Origin: Octopus sinensis
Taxonomy: Eukaryota
Length of the DNA: 64,000 nucleotides
Reading direction: 5' to 3'
Assembly (NCBI RefSeq): GCF_006345805.1
Contig: NC_043004.1
Coordinates: 90,520,001 to 90,584,000 of the forward strand
Below the pieces are notes generated by a model that was not told the DNA's origin, made no database searches, and worked only from the letters and a program-made list of their open reading frames with translations. Numbering within the stretch: position 1 is the stretch's first letter; every line of letters starts with the position of its first letter. The position numbers and the translations under genes are program-made. Shown here in pieces: positions 50,633-62,616 of this stretch.

Positions 50633-51013
50633 AATCGAAATCGATCAACATCAATGGAAATCGTGGCCGTTGCCAGCGCTGCCCCGACTAGCCTCGTGCC
50701 AGTGGCATGTAAAAAGCACCATCCGCTCGTGGCTGTTGCCAGCCTTGTCTGGCCCCCGTGCTGGTGGCACATAAAAAACACCATCTAATCATGGCCGTTT
50801 GCCAGCCTTGTCTGGCACCTGTGCTGGTGGCATGTAAAAAGCACCCACTACACTCACGGAGTGGTTGGCGTTAGGAAGGGCATCCAGCTGTAGAAACATT
50901 GCCAGATCAGACTGGGCCTGGTGCAGCCTTCTGGCTTCCCAGATCCCAGTTGAACCATCCAACCCATGCCAGCATGGAAAGCGGATGCTAAACAATGATG
51001 ATGATGATGATGA
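50633..51013 (+). mobile_element. Retroposon family B
   Basis: Three units, core and tail. Confidence 0.85.
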
Positions 51014-51348
51014 TATATATATATATTTATGTCAGACAAATGAGTGAGGATTTCTCAGTACATGTAGAGAATATGATTTTATTGAAACTGAAAGTTTGTC
51101 TCGCATCTTGAGTTTCACACTTGAAAATCAAACATTGAAGTGGCATGAAACTGAAGTCACATGATAAACTTTCAGTTTTAATAAAACTATGTATATATAA
51201 TAATAATAATAGTAGATAATATAAGTGTTGGTTGATTTCTCCAATCATGCCTTACATCATACTGAAAGGGAGTAAAAGAGAGATACAGAAAGAGTTAAGA
51301 AGTGCAGAATTAGTGGAGAGAAAGAATTAACGAGAAGTTATAGAGGTT

Positions 51349-51990
51349 TCATCATCATCATCATCATCATCATTTAGCGTCCGCTTTCCATGCTAGCATG
51401 GGTTGGACGGTTCAACTGGCGTCTAGGAAGCCAGAAGGCTGCACCAGGCCCAGTCTGATCTGGCAATGTTTCTACAGCTGGATGCCCTTCCTAACGCCAA
51501 CCACTCCGTGAGTGTAGTGGGTGCTTTTTACGTGCCACCCGCACAGGTGCCAGACGGAGCTGGCAAACGGCCACGGACGGATGGTGCTTTTTACATGCCA
51601 CCGGCACAGGGGCCAGGCGTGGCTGGCAATGGCCACGAACGGATGGTACTTTTTACATGCCACCGGCACGGAGGCCAGTCGGGGCGGCACTGGCAACGGC
51701 CACGATCGGATGGTTCGCTTACTTGTCACTGGCACTGGTATCACAGCTGCAATTTCCATTGATGTTGATCGACTTCGATTTTGGTTCTGCTTTCTGATAT
51801 CTGATTTGATTTGGTTTGATTTTGATTTTGATTTTCACTTGCCTCAACAGGTCTTCACAAGCAGAGTTTTGTGTCCCAAGAAGGAAAGGTATGTATAACT
51901 CGACTGGCTACATACCAGGTAGAGGCCACGGGTTATGGTCTCACTAGTCTTGCCGGGTCTTTTCATGCACAGCATACTTCCATAGGTCTC
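51349..51990 (-). mobile_element. Retroposon family B, longest copy with 5' extension
   Basis: Tail, core, about 3.5 units and about 200 bp of further 5' sequence. Confidence 0.85.
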
Positions 51991-52273
51991 GATAGATAGA
52001 TATAGATATACATGCATATATATATCTTTCATCTTTTACTTGTTTCAGTCACTAGACTACAACCATGCTGAGGCACTGCCTTCAAGAAATTTTAGTTGAA
52101 TGAGTCGCCCCAGTACTTTTTTATTTAAAGTCTGGTACTTATTCTACAAATTCCTTTTGCTGATCCACTAAGTTAAGGGATAATAAATTCACCAACACCA
52201 ATTATTAGTGATATTGGGGACAAACAGAAACACATACATGCACATATATGTATGTACGTGTGTATATATATAT

Positions 52274-52760
52274 ATCATCATCATCATCGTTTAATGTCCA
52301 TTTTCCGTGCTAGCATGGATTGGACGGTTCAACCGGGGTCTGGGAAGCCAGCAGGCTGCACCAGGCTCCAGTCTGATCTGGCAGTGTATTTACAGCTGGA
52401 TGCCCTTCCTAACGCCAACCACTCCGTGAGTGTAGTGGGTGCTTTTTACGTGCCACCAGCACAGAAGCCAGTCAAGGCAGCGCTGGCATCAGCCACGTTC
52501 GGATGGTGCTTTTTACATGCCACCGGCACAGAAGCCAGTCAAGGCGGTGCTGGCATCGGCCATGTTCGGATGGTGCTTTTTACATGCCACCTGCACAGGT
52601 ATCACAACTACTATTTCCATTGATATTTATTTCAATGTTCATGTACTTGACTCAATTGGTCTCCTCAAGCACAGTGGGTTGTTCTGAAATCCAAGGTACT
52701 TTGAATGGGCTGGGGCTATGCGGAACTGGTGCAAAGACGTTCCCATGCCGGGAATCAGGA
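52274..52760 (-). mobile_element. Retroposon family B, subfamily with a different 5' extension
   Basis: Tail, core and units; diagnostic CCGGGGTCTGGG and GGCTCCAG variants. Confidence 0.85.
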
Positions 52761-52975
52761 TATATATATATATATATGTATGTATGTATGCATGTATATA
52801 TAGCCGTAGGAATGGCTGTGTGGTAAGTAGGTTGCTTACCAACCACATGGGTTCCAGCTTTAGTCCCATTGCGTGGCACCTTGGGCAAGTGTTTTCTACT
52901 ATAGCCTTGGGCCGACCAAAGCCTTGTGAGACTGAAAGAAGCCCATCGTATAAATGTGTATGTATATATTATATG

Positions 52976-53008
<33 letters not shown>

Positions 53009-53253
53009 ATATGACTTTTGCTAGCATGGAAAAAATGCATATTAAAATGATGATGAGTATACACACACACAGACACACACAAGCATACACACTTATACGA
53101 AAGGCTCCTTACCAATTCCACTAACTGAATTCTGTACATAAGGTATAGGTCAATATGAAGCAGTAAGAAAAGACACTTGCATTGGGAAAAAAAAACCCAC
53201 AAAATTACATGGTTTCCAAGCAAACTTCTTATCCAAGTACATTTTTTGTTTAA

Positions 53254-53422
53254 CCCTTTCGTTACTGTATTTTCTTTTAGATGCTCTGTATTTCTTTCAG
53301 CTAGTGTTAGGAACATAAATTGTGACTAAGGTTTGGTGGAAGATTTTAATTCAAAGCTTATGAAAACAAGACATTTGTATTCAGAGCCAAAGCCAGTTTC
53401 AGCGGGGTTGGTAACATTAGGG
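53254..53422. mobile_element. piggyBac-like MITE
   Basis: TTAA|CCCTTTCGTTAC ... GTAACATTAGGG|TTAA. Confidence 0.75.
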
Positions 53423-53728
53423 TTAATCAAACAAATAACCTGAACCTTTTTCAGTTAATTCATCATTACTACCACTTACCATCACAGTGAACATAATCAT
53501 CATTTACTTATTCACTTTTCCCTGATAGTCTTTTTCATGTTGGTTGGGACTTTTTTAGGTTGTGTTGTACAGCCAGATGCTCTTTCTCATGCCAACCATT
53601 TTAGTCACCTGTTACAGGCAGTGATAGAGAGTGTGCTTATTGTAAAAACCAGAAAACCCATGCTGCCATCATCATCATCATCATCATCATCATTTAACTT
53701 CTGTTTTCATTGCTGGCATGTATGGGAT

Positions 53729-54100
53729 GGCGCAGGAGTGGCTGTGTGGTAAGTAGCTTGTTTACCAACCACATGGCTCCGGGTTCAGTCCCACTGCATG
53801 GCACCTTCTACTATAGCCTCGGGCCGACCAAAGCCTTGTGAGTGGATTTGGTAGACGGAAACTGAAAGAAGCCTGTCGTATATATGTATATATATATGTG
53901 TGCGTGTATGTGTTTGTCCCCCTAGCATTGCTTGACAACCGATGCTGGTGTGTTTATGTCCCCGTCACTTAGTGGTTCTGCAAAAGAGACCAATAGAATA
54001 AGTACTAGGCTTACAAAGAATAAATCCGGGATTGAGTTGCTCGACTAAAGGCAGTGCTCCAGCATGGCCACAGTCAAATGACTGAAACAAGAAAAAGAGT
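53729..54100 (+). mobile_element. SINE family A. Older or partial copies also at about 3427-3740, 4905-5227, 20140-20570, 52028-52240, 52805-52950 and 62986-63290
   Basis: Same head, middle and tail as the other family A copies. Confidence 0.88.
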
Positions 54101-54479
54101 AAAAAAAAAAAAGAGATGGTTTCTCTTTACAGAGTGAATGGGGTACTTTTAACATGGCACCAACCCCAGTGTGGTCACCAAGTGACTTACAAAGACAAGA
54201 CCCCTCAATTAAATGGGGTGTAGTATTAAGGGAGATGCTTTTATTAAGGTATGAAAGAAGGACAGAAACAGATGTCTTGCTGTAGAGGAGATACATGGCT
54301 ACCTCAGTTGGGAAAAAGAGAAGATAGTGGTGAAGATGTGTCAGGCCATGCCATCAAATTAGAGAAGTGGTACAGAGGAGTGGACAGGGAGTGTAGGTAG
54401 ATAAGTTCATGAAAAGGTGATGCAGTGAGTGGTGAACATGAGTGGAAGTAGCTGTTAGCATATTCGTAAACAATACACT

Positions 54480-55075
54480 GTTAAGCTCTCGTTTTTGCTT
54501 AGATGGTCGGGTCGTCTTGAACATAGCAAATTGCCAACCATCTTGATTTTTTCTTTTATGAGGATCAGTAACTGGAGGTCATTCTTCACTTTGTCCTATG
54601 TCTTCCTGAGTCTCTCTCTCTTCTACAGGTTCCATCAGCATTTAGTGATTGTTACTTCTTTTTGTAATTATATCTGATGCCTCTTATGTCAAAATTTTTT
54701 CTCAACACGTTTGTACTTGGTCATGCATGAACAATGACATTGCATATCTAGCGGAACAGGCTAGCTTCATTTCTTTCTAGCCTTCTCATGTCCTCAACAC
54801 TCAGGACCCATGCTTTATTACCATGCATCATTGCTTTTTGTGCACAAGCACCATACAATTTGCTTTTTACTTTGAGAGAGATGCTTTTGTTACAAACAAT
54901 TAAAACTCACTGAACTTTCTTCAGCCTATTCTTATTCTAGCAATTGTTCTTTCATAGTATCATCCTCTACTGCTAATTAGGTCACCCAGGTAACAGAAAC
55001 TGTCTACTACCATAGATATACACATGTATTCTTTGAAAGAAATGAGATACATACTCTTTGATGGATTTGAAATGA
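54480..55075 (-). mobile_element. Decayed RTE-clade LINE 3' region
   Basis: VVDSFCYLGDLISS motif followed by ARIRIG- and LERNE-like remnants with stops and frameshifts. Confidence 0.75.
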
Positions 55076-56219
55076 CAGAGTGAATGAATAATGGAGCATA
55101 AATAAGAACAATGGGCATTAGAGGAATGAGGAGAATTTGCTTGTACAACCATGTAATGCATAAGGCAGACAGCATTTGATGAAGTGTCAGGTGATCCATG
55201 TGGGAGGATACGTTTAGGATACGGTAGGAGTAGAAAATGTGTTAGAAATTGATATTGCATGAAAAAAATGACAAGTGACAAGACTGTGCTGTAACAGCCC
55301 CATCCAGCCCATGGAAGAAAAGAAAGAATAACATGAAAATAATATGCTTAGACAGTGATACAGATGTAACAGGTGTGCTGTTAGACAACAATACTGCTGT
55401 TATTAAACACTTATAAGCTTCTGCAACCACTGAGGAAGTTTGCTCGAGGTCACTGTGTTCAAATACCTGAATACCTGCTTGAAATCATGGCTCAGATGTA
55501 ATGACAATTATAAGCACACACACATATACCTTCACACGCATACCTAAAGTTTCACTTGCTTGACGAGTGACTTGCTCTGAGACATTTGTGTTGGAAGTGA
55601 AACCCATTACAATGTGGTAGACTCACAACAGCCACTTAGAACATTTTGTTCACTTTTGCTTTATTTTTTAATAGTGTTGAATACTGTGAAATGTAACGGA
55701 TTTCCTATAGTTACCACCTGATCGTTGACACAACTTCACTGCGTCATGTCTAATTATACAGTGATTCAAATTTGTGGTTGATTTTAATGAAGGAGCGAAC
55801 TAAGGGAAGGGGTTTGTGAAGTTATATATGACGGGCTACATCACAAGCCAACAGATCCAATACAATCCCTTGTTACCTAGGCTGCATGCTGAGAGGGAGA
55901 GAGAGGAGTAGAGAGGTACAGATAATGGTCGGTAGGATTGTGTATGAACAGATTGAAAGTTTTACCCTTGTTACACAGGTGGCATTGTGCCGTGAACAAG
56001 ATGGTTGGGGCAGATGAGAAGGCAAAAGAAGGAAGCAGATGGAGAATTAGCAGCTACAAAAAGGGCAAAAGACCCCAGCTGATGATGAGATGCATATGTT
56101 TAATGTGCTTGTTTATTTGTGTTTGTTGTTGTTTGTGAATCATTTGTATGTTGTGTTCTGGTGTTTTCAGAGTTGTCCTTCTTTGAGATTCTATTTCTGG
56201 TGCAGGTTAAACTTGTTAA

Positions 56220-56664
56220 ATATACATCTGGAAGATCCTAGAAGGACTTGTCCCAAACTTTGGCATCGAGAGTTACACAAATGCCAGAACTGGGCGCCAC
56301 TGCACAGTGCCAAGGACCCCAAATTTGCCATCAAGACGTAGGACAAGATACTGTGATAGCCTGGGCTTCCAAGGCCCACAGTTCTTCAATATCCTCCCGA
56401 AGAACCTAAGAGACCTGCATGGGGTGGATGCAGATGTCTTTAAAATAAAACTGGATCTCTTCTTGTCAGGTGTCCCAGATGAACCAACTTCACGGCAGGA
56501 GGTGCAGATGAGGGCAGCTGCATCGAACTCTCTCATGCACCAAATGGCAATTGCTAAAAAGCATTCGTGAATTAAAATCATGTAGCAACACCAAATGGTG
56601 GTGCCCCAGCATGGCCATAGCTTGTGAGCTGAAACTAGATAAAAATAAAAAAATAAAAAATAAA
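56220..56664 (+). mobile_element. 5'-truncated CR1/L2-group LINE: ORF2 C-terminus, 3' UTR and A-rich tail
   Basis: Uninterrupted frame IYIWKILEGLVPN...GPQFFNILPKNLR...FKIKLDLFLSGVPDEP...RAAASNSL; tail of TAAAAA-type repeats. Confidence 0.85.
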
Positions 56665-56899
56665 TGTTATATATCCCAGCTTCCATCATTATCCAAATTT
56701 TATTGTATGCTTTGCCATACTTGCAAAGGTCTTTAAGTCTTTTCCAGCACTGGATGTTGCTAATGGCTACACTCCTTTGTCATCTCCTTTGTGAAGTGCA
56801 GCATCTTATATTGTATTTCCTTGTTTATATTAAGGAATTTGAACTAAATGATCTTCAGATATGTTTAGATTCTTAGATATTTGTGTGATACTATGGTAT

Positions 56900-58370
56900 G
56901 GAAGTAACTGTAGGCACCAAATAATATATTAGTCTTTTTAAGTAAGCATTGAGTACTTGAGTATTTTTACACACTCAGCTGTGTGTACTTTGGGACTTCA
57001 CTCTTTTGCTACTCCAAGTTTTCTGTTTCCAATTTATGCACAACAGTTGAAATTCAAATATCAGGCTTCAAGACTTGTATTTAATCGCCATTGGTCAGTT
57101 GGACTGATGTAACATAGCAAGCTATTAATAGAGTCTGTTACTGAGGCAGCATGTACAGTTTTATTCTGCGGTTGTTGGGAGTCGTAGTAAATAAATCAGT
57201 CTGCATGACAACTTGATAAAGAGTACTGTTAGAAATGCTGTCAAAATAGTGTTAATCCCTGCTTAATTTCCTTGTTCATTGATGATTATCCCATCTGCAA
57301 TGGATGGAAGCACTCCGTCGGTTACGACGACGAGGGTTCCGGCTGATCCGAATCAACGGAACAGCCTGCTCGTGAAATTAACGTGTAAGTGGCTGAGCAC
57401 TCCACAGACACGTGCACCCTTAACATAGTTCTCGGGGATATTCAGCGTGACACAGAGAGTGAAAAGGCCAGCCCCTTGAAATACAGGTACAACAGAAACA
57501 AGAAGTAAGAGTGAGAGAAAGTTGTGGTGAAAGAGTACAGCAGGGATCACCACCATCCCTGCCGGAGCCTCGTGGAGCTTTTAGGTGTTTTCGTTCAATA
57601 AACACTCACAACGCCCGGTCTGGGAATCGAAACCGCGATCCTATGACCGCGAGTCCGCTGCCCTAACCACTGGGCCATTGCGCCTCCACCCCATCTGCAA
57701 TAGGAACTACCTTAAAAGGCATTTCTGTTTGTGTTCTCACTTTGACACAGTTTCCTATCTCATATTTGGCATCTTCAAATGTTGTTCTATCTTTCAACCA
57801 GAGTAAGAATCTTTCTGACCCATTAATGTAAGGTACTGCAGTTTTGACAACAAACATAGCTATATTGGTGCTGTTGCTTTCTTTCTCATTTATGTTCCAG
57901 ATATACTACGACAGTGAGGTAGAGGTGCATTTATCTGTGGATCTGAGTGGGTGTGATGCATATACTTGTTCTTGAATGTTATTTTCAGTGAGTTTCATGA
58001 AATTCTTCTCATTGCTATCTACTTACTCTTGTGCCTGTCTTGGATACTTACCATTGAAAGGACAAGATGTAGCATTGCTGCTGATGTATTGTGGGTTTAG
58101 TTGATTCTTACACATGTGATTGCTGCTATTATATATAGCTATGAAGGCTGTGATGTTTTTGGTGTAGCTGAAACCGTTTTTATATTACTTTTGCTGAATA
58201 TCTTTTAGTATTTGTGGTTGTTGTAGAAATGTTTGCTTATCTATGTTAGGATTCCTCTATTAGTCTTAATACTAGTTGTGATCCTAGCCTAAATCCAGCT
58301 CTTAGTTTCAGTCTGTATTATCCAGAATGGTAAGCTATTTTAATTATTCAGCTTGTGTTAATTTTCATTA
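56900..58370 (-). mobile_element. Highly decayed Penelope-like element, interrupted by the 57302-57689 SINE
   Basis: VPYINGSE resembles the Penelope LPYI.G.SE linker; a frameshifted IFEFNCCA*IG resembles the GIY-YIG motif. Confidence 0.4.
57302..57689 (-). mobile_element. Young full-length tRNA-derived SINE (family D; possibly octopus OR-type)
   Basis: Perfect 12-bp TSD CCCATCTGCAAT; head with A box TGGCCCAGTGG and B box GTTTCGATTCC; CpG-rich. Confidence 0.9.
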
Positions 58371-58417
58371 GAAAGTCTTGATCATACAAGAGAATATTTA
58401 GTTATCACGGAAAAGTA

Positions 58418-59418
58418 TGAGGGTGGGATGAAAAGTTGATAGGCCAACTATGAAGGAGTGATACCAGAGCTGTGAAGTATTGTTGAACTTCAACTCTTCT
58501 TATTAATAACTGTATTAGTTTTTTCCAGGTAAACTGACATCTGAATATTCAAAGAAGACTTCAAAAGTAACTAGTCACAACTTCTCTTGAAAACTGACAA
58601 AATTTCATATTGTGGTGTTATCAAGTACTTGTAGAAAATTTCTAAGGGGTTTAGCCCCCAACAACATTCATGTCAACATAGTTGCTACATTAGAGAACGA
58701 TACTCCGGCTTTATCCACAGTGCAACAGTGGGCGGCTGAATTTAGTGGGGTGGGGAACAGAGCATCTTGAATATGACCTAAGGTCTGGACATCCTGCAAC
58801 TGCTACCACTGAGGAAAATGTTGATAGAGTTCACCACATGGGGATGGATGATGGGTGATTGATTATAAATCAAATTGCCAATGCTGTTTTCATATCCCAT
58901 GAGAGAGTTGAGAATATTCTGCATAATGAACTTGGTATGATGAACGTTTCTTAATTGGTGAGTTACACCATCAATGGAGAGTACTATGCCAATTTGCTGC
59001 AGTACTTATAAAAGGTTATCAAGATCAAATGCCTAGGAAAGCTGATGAAAAGGATATTGTTTCATAAGGACAATGCTCCAGCACACAAGTCCTTGGTTTC
59101 AATGGCTGCTGTATGTGACTGGGCTTTGAACTGATTGATCACTCTCCCTATTCTCCTGATTTGACTGTCATCTGTTCCCCAACATGAAAAACCCTCGGCT
59201 GGGAACCAGTATCAAAGTGATGATGATATCATATCTGCTGTTGATGACTTTTTTGAGCAACAGAGCCAAAGCTTTTTCACCAATAGGATCCAAGCACTGT
59301 AATACTAATGGAAGAAGTGTGTGACTGACAAGGAGGACTCTGTTGAAAAATAAACTTCATTTACTCATATTCCATGAAAATATCTTGATCAGCTTATGAA
59401 CTTCTCAGCTGTCCATCA
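58418..59418 (+). mobile_element. Decayed mariner (Himar1/irritans-like) with internal deletion
   Basis: Degenerate TIR TGAGGGTGGGATGAAAAGTT; peptides STVQQWAAEF, RSGHPATATTEENV, FHKDNAPAH, HSPYSPDL, WKKCV. Confidence 0.88.
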
Positions 59419-59656
59419 TGTGTTGGAATAGTGCAGACTTATGTTTACAGTTCATTATAATTATTAATAAAATATTCAATATAAAATAAATTTTCTGTGG
59501 AGACATGTGCTTGATTAGCTGCATGAAGATTTTGAATGTCACATATTGACTTAGCATTTCAGAGAATTTTGCTTGAAGCATAAAAAAAGTTCTTCTCATT
59601 GATTGGGGAGAATTAGGAGGAATGTTTCCTGCAAGTGAAATTTGGTAGGTAAAAAT
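59405..59656 (-). CDS. Candidate next exon of the same gene (IFTYQISLAGNIPPNSPQSMRRTFFMLQAKFSEMLSQY...); 3' end uncertain
   Basis: Acceptor TTCTGTACAG in phase 0 matches the upstream donor. The frame is open to 59405, but the distal part looks non-coding. Confidence 0.5.
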   Translation of the reverse strand: MFTYQISLAGNIPPNSPQSMRRTFFMLQAKFSEMLSQYVTFKIFMQLIKHMSPQKIYFILNILLIIIMNCKHKSALFQHMMDS

Positions 59657-61479
59657 CTGTACAGAATGTGTGTGTGTGCGTGTATGTGTGTGTGTGTGTG
59701 TTGTGTGTGTGTGTGAGTTTTCCTATGCATTTTGTGACGTTGACATCACTTGGGTAACAGTGATGTTTGTTTATGTTCCACAGCTCAGCAGTTTGACTTG
59801 AGAAGCTTAGCAGAATAAAGCACCTTGTATGAAAACAAGAGTTAACATTAGGAATGGGAATCTGGAATTTTACCTTAAGAAGTTTTATCCACCTTATGCC
59901 AGTATGAAAACTATAAAAGAGTGATGATAATGATGGGTGATGATAGCTGATGATGTACCTAGGAAAAAAAGATAAAGTACAGCTGTATTAAGAGTCTTTA
60001 AAGAGGATTTGATTCAGAACAAGCCTTTTCAAAAGTAGTAAAGTAATTCTAACTGCATTTAGTTTAGAATATACTTTGGAGGGTTTTCTTTAATAGGTGG
60101 TGCTTAGAAAGGACAGGACAGCTCTCGTGACATTTTCAGCCTTCTCATCTCCCATATCCTTGCAGATTTGATGGGGCAAGTAAGGTTTAAAGAGCAAAAT
60201 ACAGTATGATGTGAAGAGAGTTGGGTGGGTTTGGTATACAACTTGCTAGTTTTGGGAAGCAGGGGCTGTTGTTGCTTAACTCAAGATCAGTCCCTAAATG
60301 AGCAAACCTATGGTCAGAAGTGTTTCAGTTTAGTCTAATCCCATCCCTTTGTTTCCACTTGACATTATGTAATGTTATTTAAAAAAAAAAACAATTGGAT
60401 GTGATTAGAGAGATATTTAGCTGCTATTTTTAACAGATTGATACACCATGTAGAGGATACGTTGTTGTTTGATGAGGTTCTTGTTGTTGTTAGCTAGCCC
60501 TGATAGAGCTGAGCATCTCATCTTTTATTCTGACATAATGTATTTTGGGCAACATTATCCAATGTGTCCTTCCTAGACAAATGTTTCTAGCAGGTTGAAC
60601 AACCACACACAGCTTCCCTGGTTTGCTAGTTGTCATTGTGGTAGAGGAAACAAATGAAAGCTATAGTGTTTCTATTGGCCTATAGTAGATGTAGTGTAGT
60701 TTGAATATGAAGGCTTGCTGATTTATTGAGACATGGTCAAGAATTATTGTGTCTATGTGTATATTAAACAGCAGTAGCATCCTAGTATATGCCAACAGGA
60801 TATTAATACTGGTTGCATTTGGGCTTCAAAGAGAATCAGGAACTGATAAAGCTTGGAATATGTTGGCAATAAAACTGAAACTAGATCAATGTGTTTAGTA
60901 GGTATGCAAGAAGATATGAGTTCAGTACCAGGGACTGACAAAACACTCATTAATTTTATGCTATTATTTACAGGAATGTGATGTTTCACTTTGTGGTACC
61001 TACTTCGAACTATGTGGATTGAATGACATCCTGCTTAACTGGTCATCAGTTGATATAGTTCTACTTACATTGCCCTGTGCCCTTTAACTCCTGATGAAGT
61101 ATTAGGGATATTTTTTTTAGACCTAATGGAGCCCATCGCTCTACAAGTCTGACCTCAGTTGATTTCTTCCAGAAAAAGAGAGAGAAAAGCAGAAAGAAGA
61201 ATCAACTCCAGCACATGATACACTGCATTTTATATACCAACTCTGAAAGGCTAAGTTGACCTCAGCAGTATCTAAACTTAGAGTGGAACAAATACTGCGC
61301 GATAATCTGCCTAATGCACTAACAACTTGGCCAGTTAGACCACCTGTCAAAGTGAGTATCTCTAGTACTCACAATTAGGAATTGTCCTAGTTCTTTCAAG
61401 GAGTAGTTCCAATACTCAAAAGAATGTTTTCTCTACCAACACTGCAAACTCACTACTACATCCTGCACAACTGCCTTGA

Positions 61480-61692
61480 GCCAATGAGAGGGAATCTTGA
61501 GATGCTAAAAATAGCAGCCAAAATTTACTCATATCACATCCTACCAACCATAAAAAAGACAAAAACAAGTTGGCTAATGTAGTCTGGGTTATATTAAACC
61601 TTAAGAAAATAATTAAAAAGATGAGATGGTCATAGCTAGGATTACTTTGATCATATGTCTGCTCAATTAGTGCCAACCTGGGGTTAAACAAC
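61480..61692. repeat. Old dispersed repeat family; inverse-orientation fragments at about 19050-19220, 23290-23400 and 60270-60620
   Basis: Shared TTTAGCTGCTATTTCTAGCAG-like and ACATTATCCAATGTGTCC-like motifs. Confidence 0.55.
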
Positions 61693-62130
61693 ATTTACAT
61701 GCCATCATTACCACCACCACTACCATCATCATGTGTTGTGCATACCACCATCATCTGCATGCAATCATCACATGCACACTACCATCATCTGCATGCTACC
61801 ATCATCATTTGCACACCGCTACCACCACCTACAGACACAACCACCTCCACAAACACAACTACACCTCTTCCTACCACCGTCACCACCACCACCACCACTT
61901 CCATATCTACTAGGTCTTATAATGCTTCACTAAGTACTGAGAGAGATTGTTTCCTGAGGAAGTGGTTCAATCTGCCATTAATAAGCCATCACATCCTCTA
62001 AGCTAATCACTAACATTTATTTCATCATCATACTCTCCTTGTCCTCCTTGCCACATTATTGTCACCAATTCCTTGTGTGAGAAGAACCCAGATATTCTTC
62101 TCTGTCCCCACACCCACCCTCACCACCTTC

Positions 62131-62131
62131 T

Positions 62132-62207
<76 letters not shown>

Positions 62208-62231
62208 CACCACTACTACTACTACTACTAC
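62131..62231. repeat. (CTA)n/(CCA)n trinucleotide repeat
   Basis: Read directly from the sequence. Confidence 0.95.
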
Positions 62232-62235
62232 TCAC

Positions 62236-62461
62236 AACCAAACATATTCCTGTGTTCTGAGATAGATTGTAAGGTGCTGAACATCCTTCTAAGAGTTTGA
62301 AGGTTCTCGCTAATCCTGGTACTTTCATTGTCCCCCATCCACGCTGTGGTACTGTGGTTGATCTCGACATTTTAATTCCCAAATGGTTTAGCTGAATGCT
62401 GACCAGATGAAAAGACTGGAGATCAGTGGTTGATGCTTTGACACAAGCACTGTGGTATTGT
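62236..62461 (-). CDS. Candidate exon of an unrecognised convergent gene (QYHSACVKASTT...QRGWGTMKVPGLARTFKLLEGCSAPYNLSQNTGICLV)
   Basis: Minus-strand acceptor CTTTCAG and donor GTT|GTGAGT; 226 nt with one open frame; complex sequence lying between microsatellites. Confidence 0.55.
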
Positions 62462-62616
62462 CTGAAAGTGTATTAACTATATATTATATTTTTATATTAA
62501 CTGTATATGTAAATATATATGCATTTAATTATATATTAACTATATATTTAGGTATATAGCATGGGCAAATGACTGAAACAAGTAAAGTATACATACATGC
62601 ATACATACATACATAC

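Noticed and set aside
54480-54512. Possible match of the decayed RTE 3' end to the family B tail
   Set aside because: The similarity is short and gapped and cannot be separated from chance without a consensus sequence.
57610-57689. tRNA-like sequence with A and B boxes; also the heads of families A and C
   Set aside because: No complete cloverleaf is present, and each is part of a TSD-flanked or multi-copy SINE.
60753-60989. Minus-strand 78-aa ORF as an extra exon of the convergent gene
   Set aside because: It has no convincing phase-compatible splice sites and no recognisable peptide.
61091-61135. CTGATGA followed by an ATTAGG/CCTAAT stem, as a possible hammerhead
   Set aside because: There is no GAAA or cleavage triplet at the required position.
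61699-62231. Poly-T/H/V/S/Y ORFs resembling mucin or His-rich proteins
   Set aside because: They derive from CAC/CAT/CTA trinucleotide repeats that are open in several frames.
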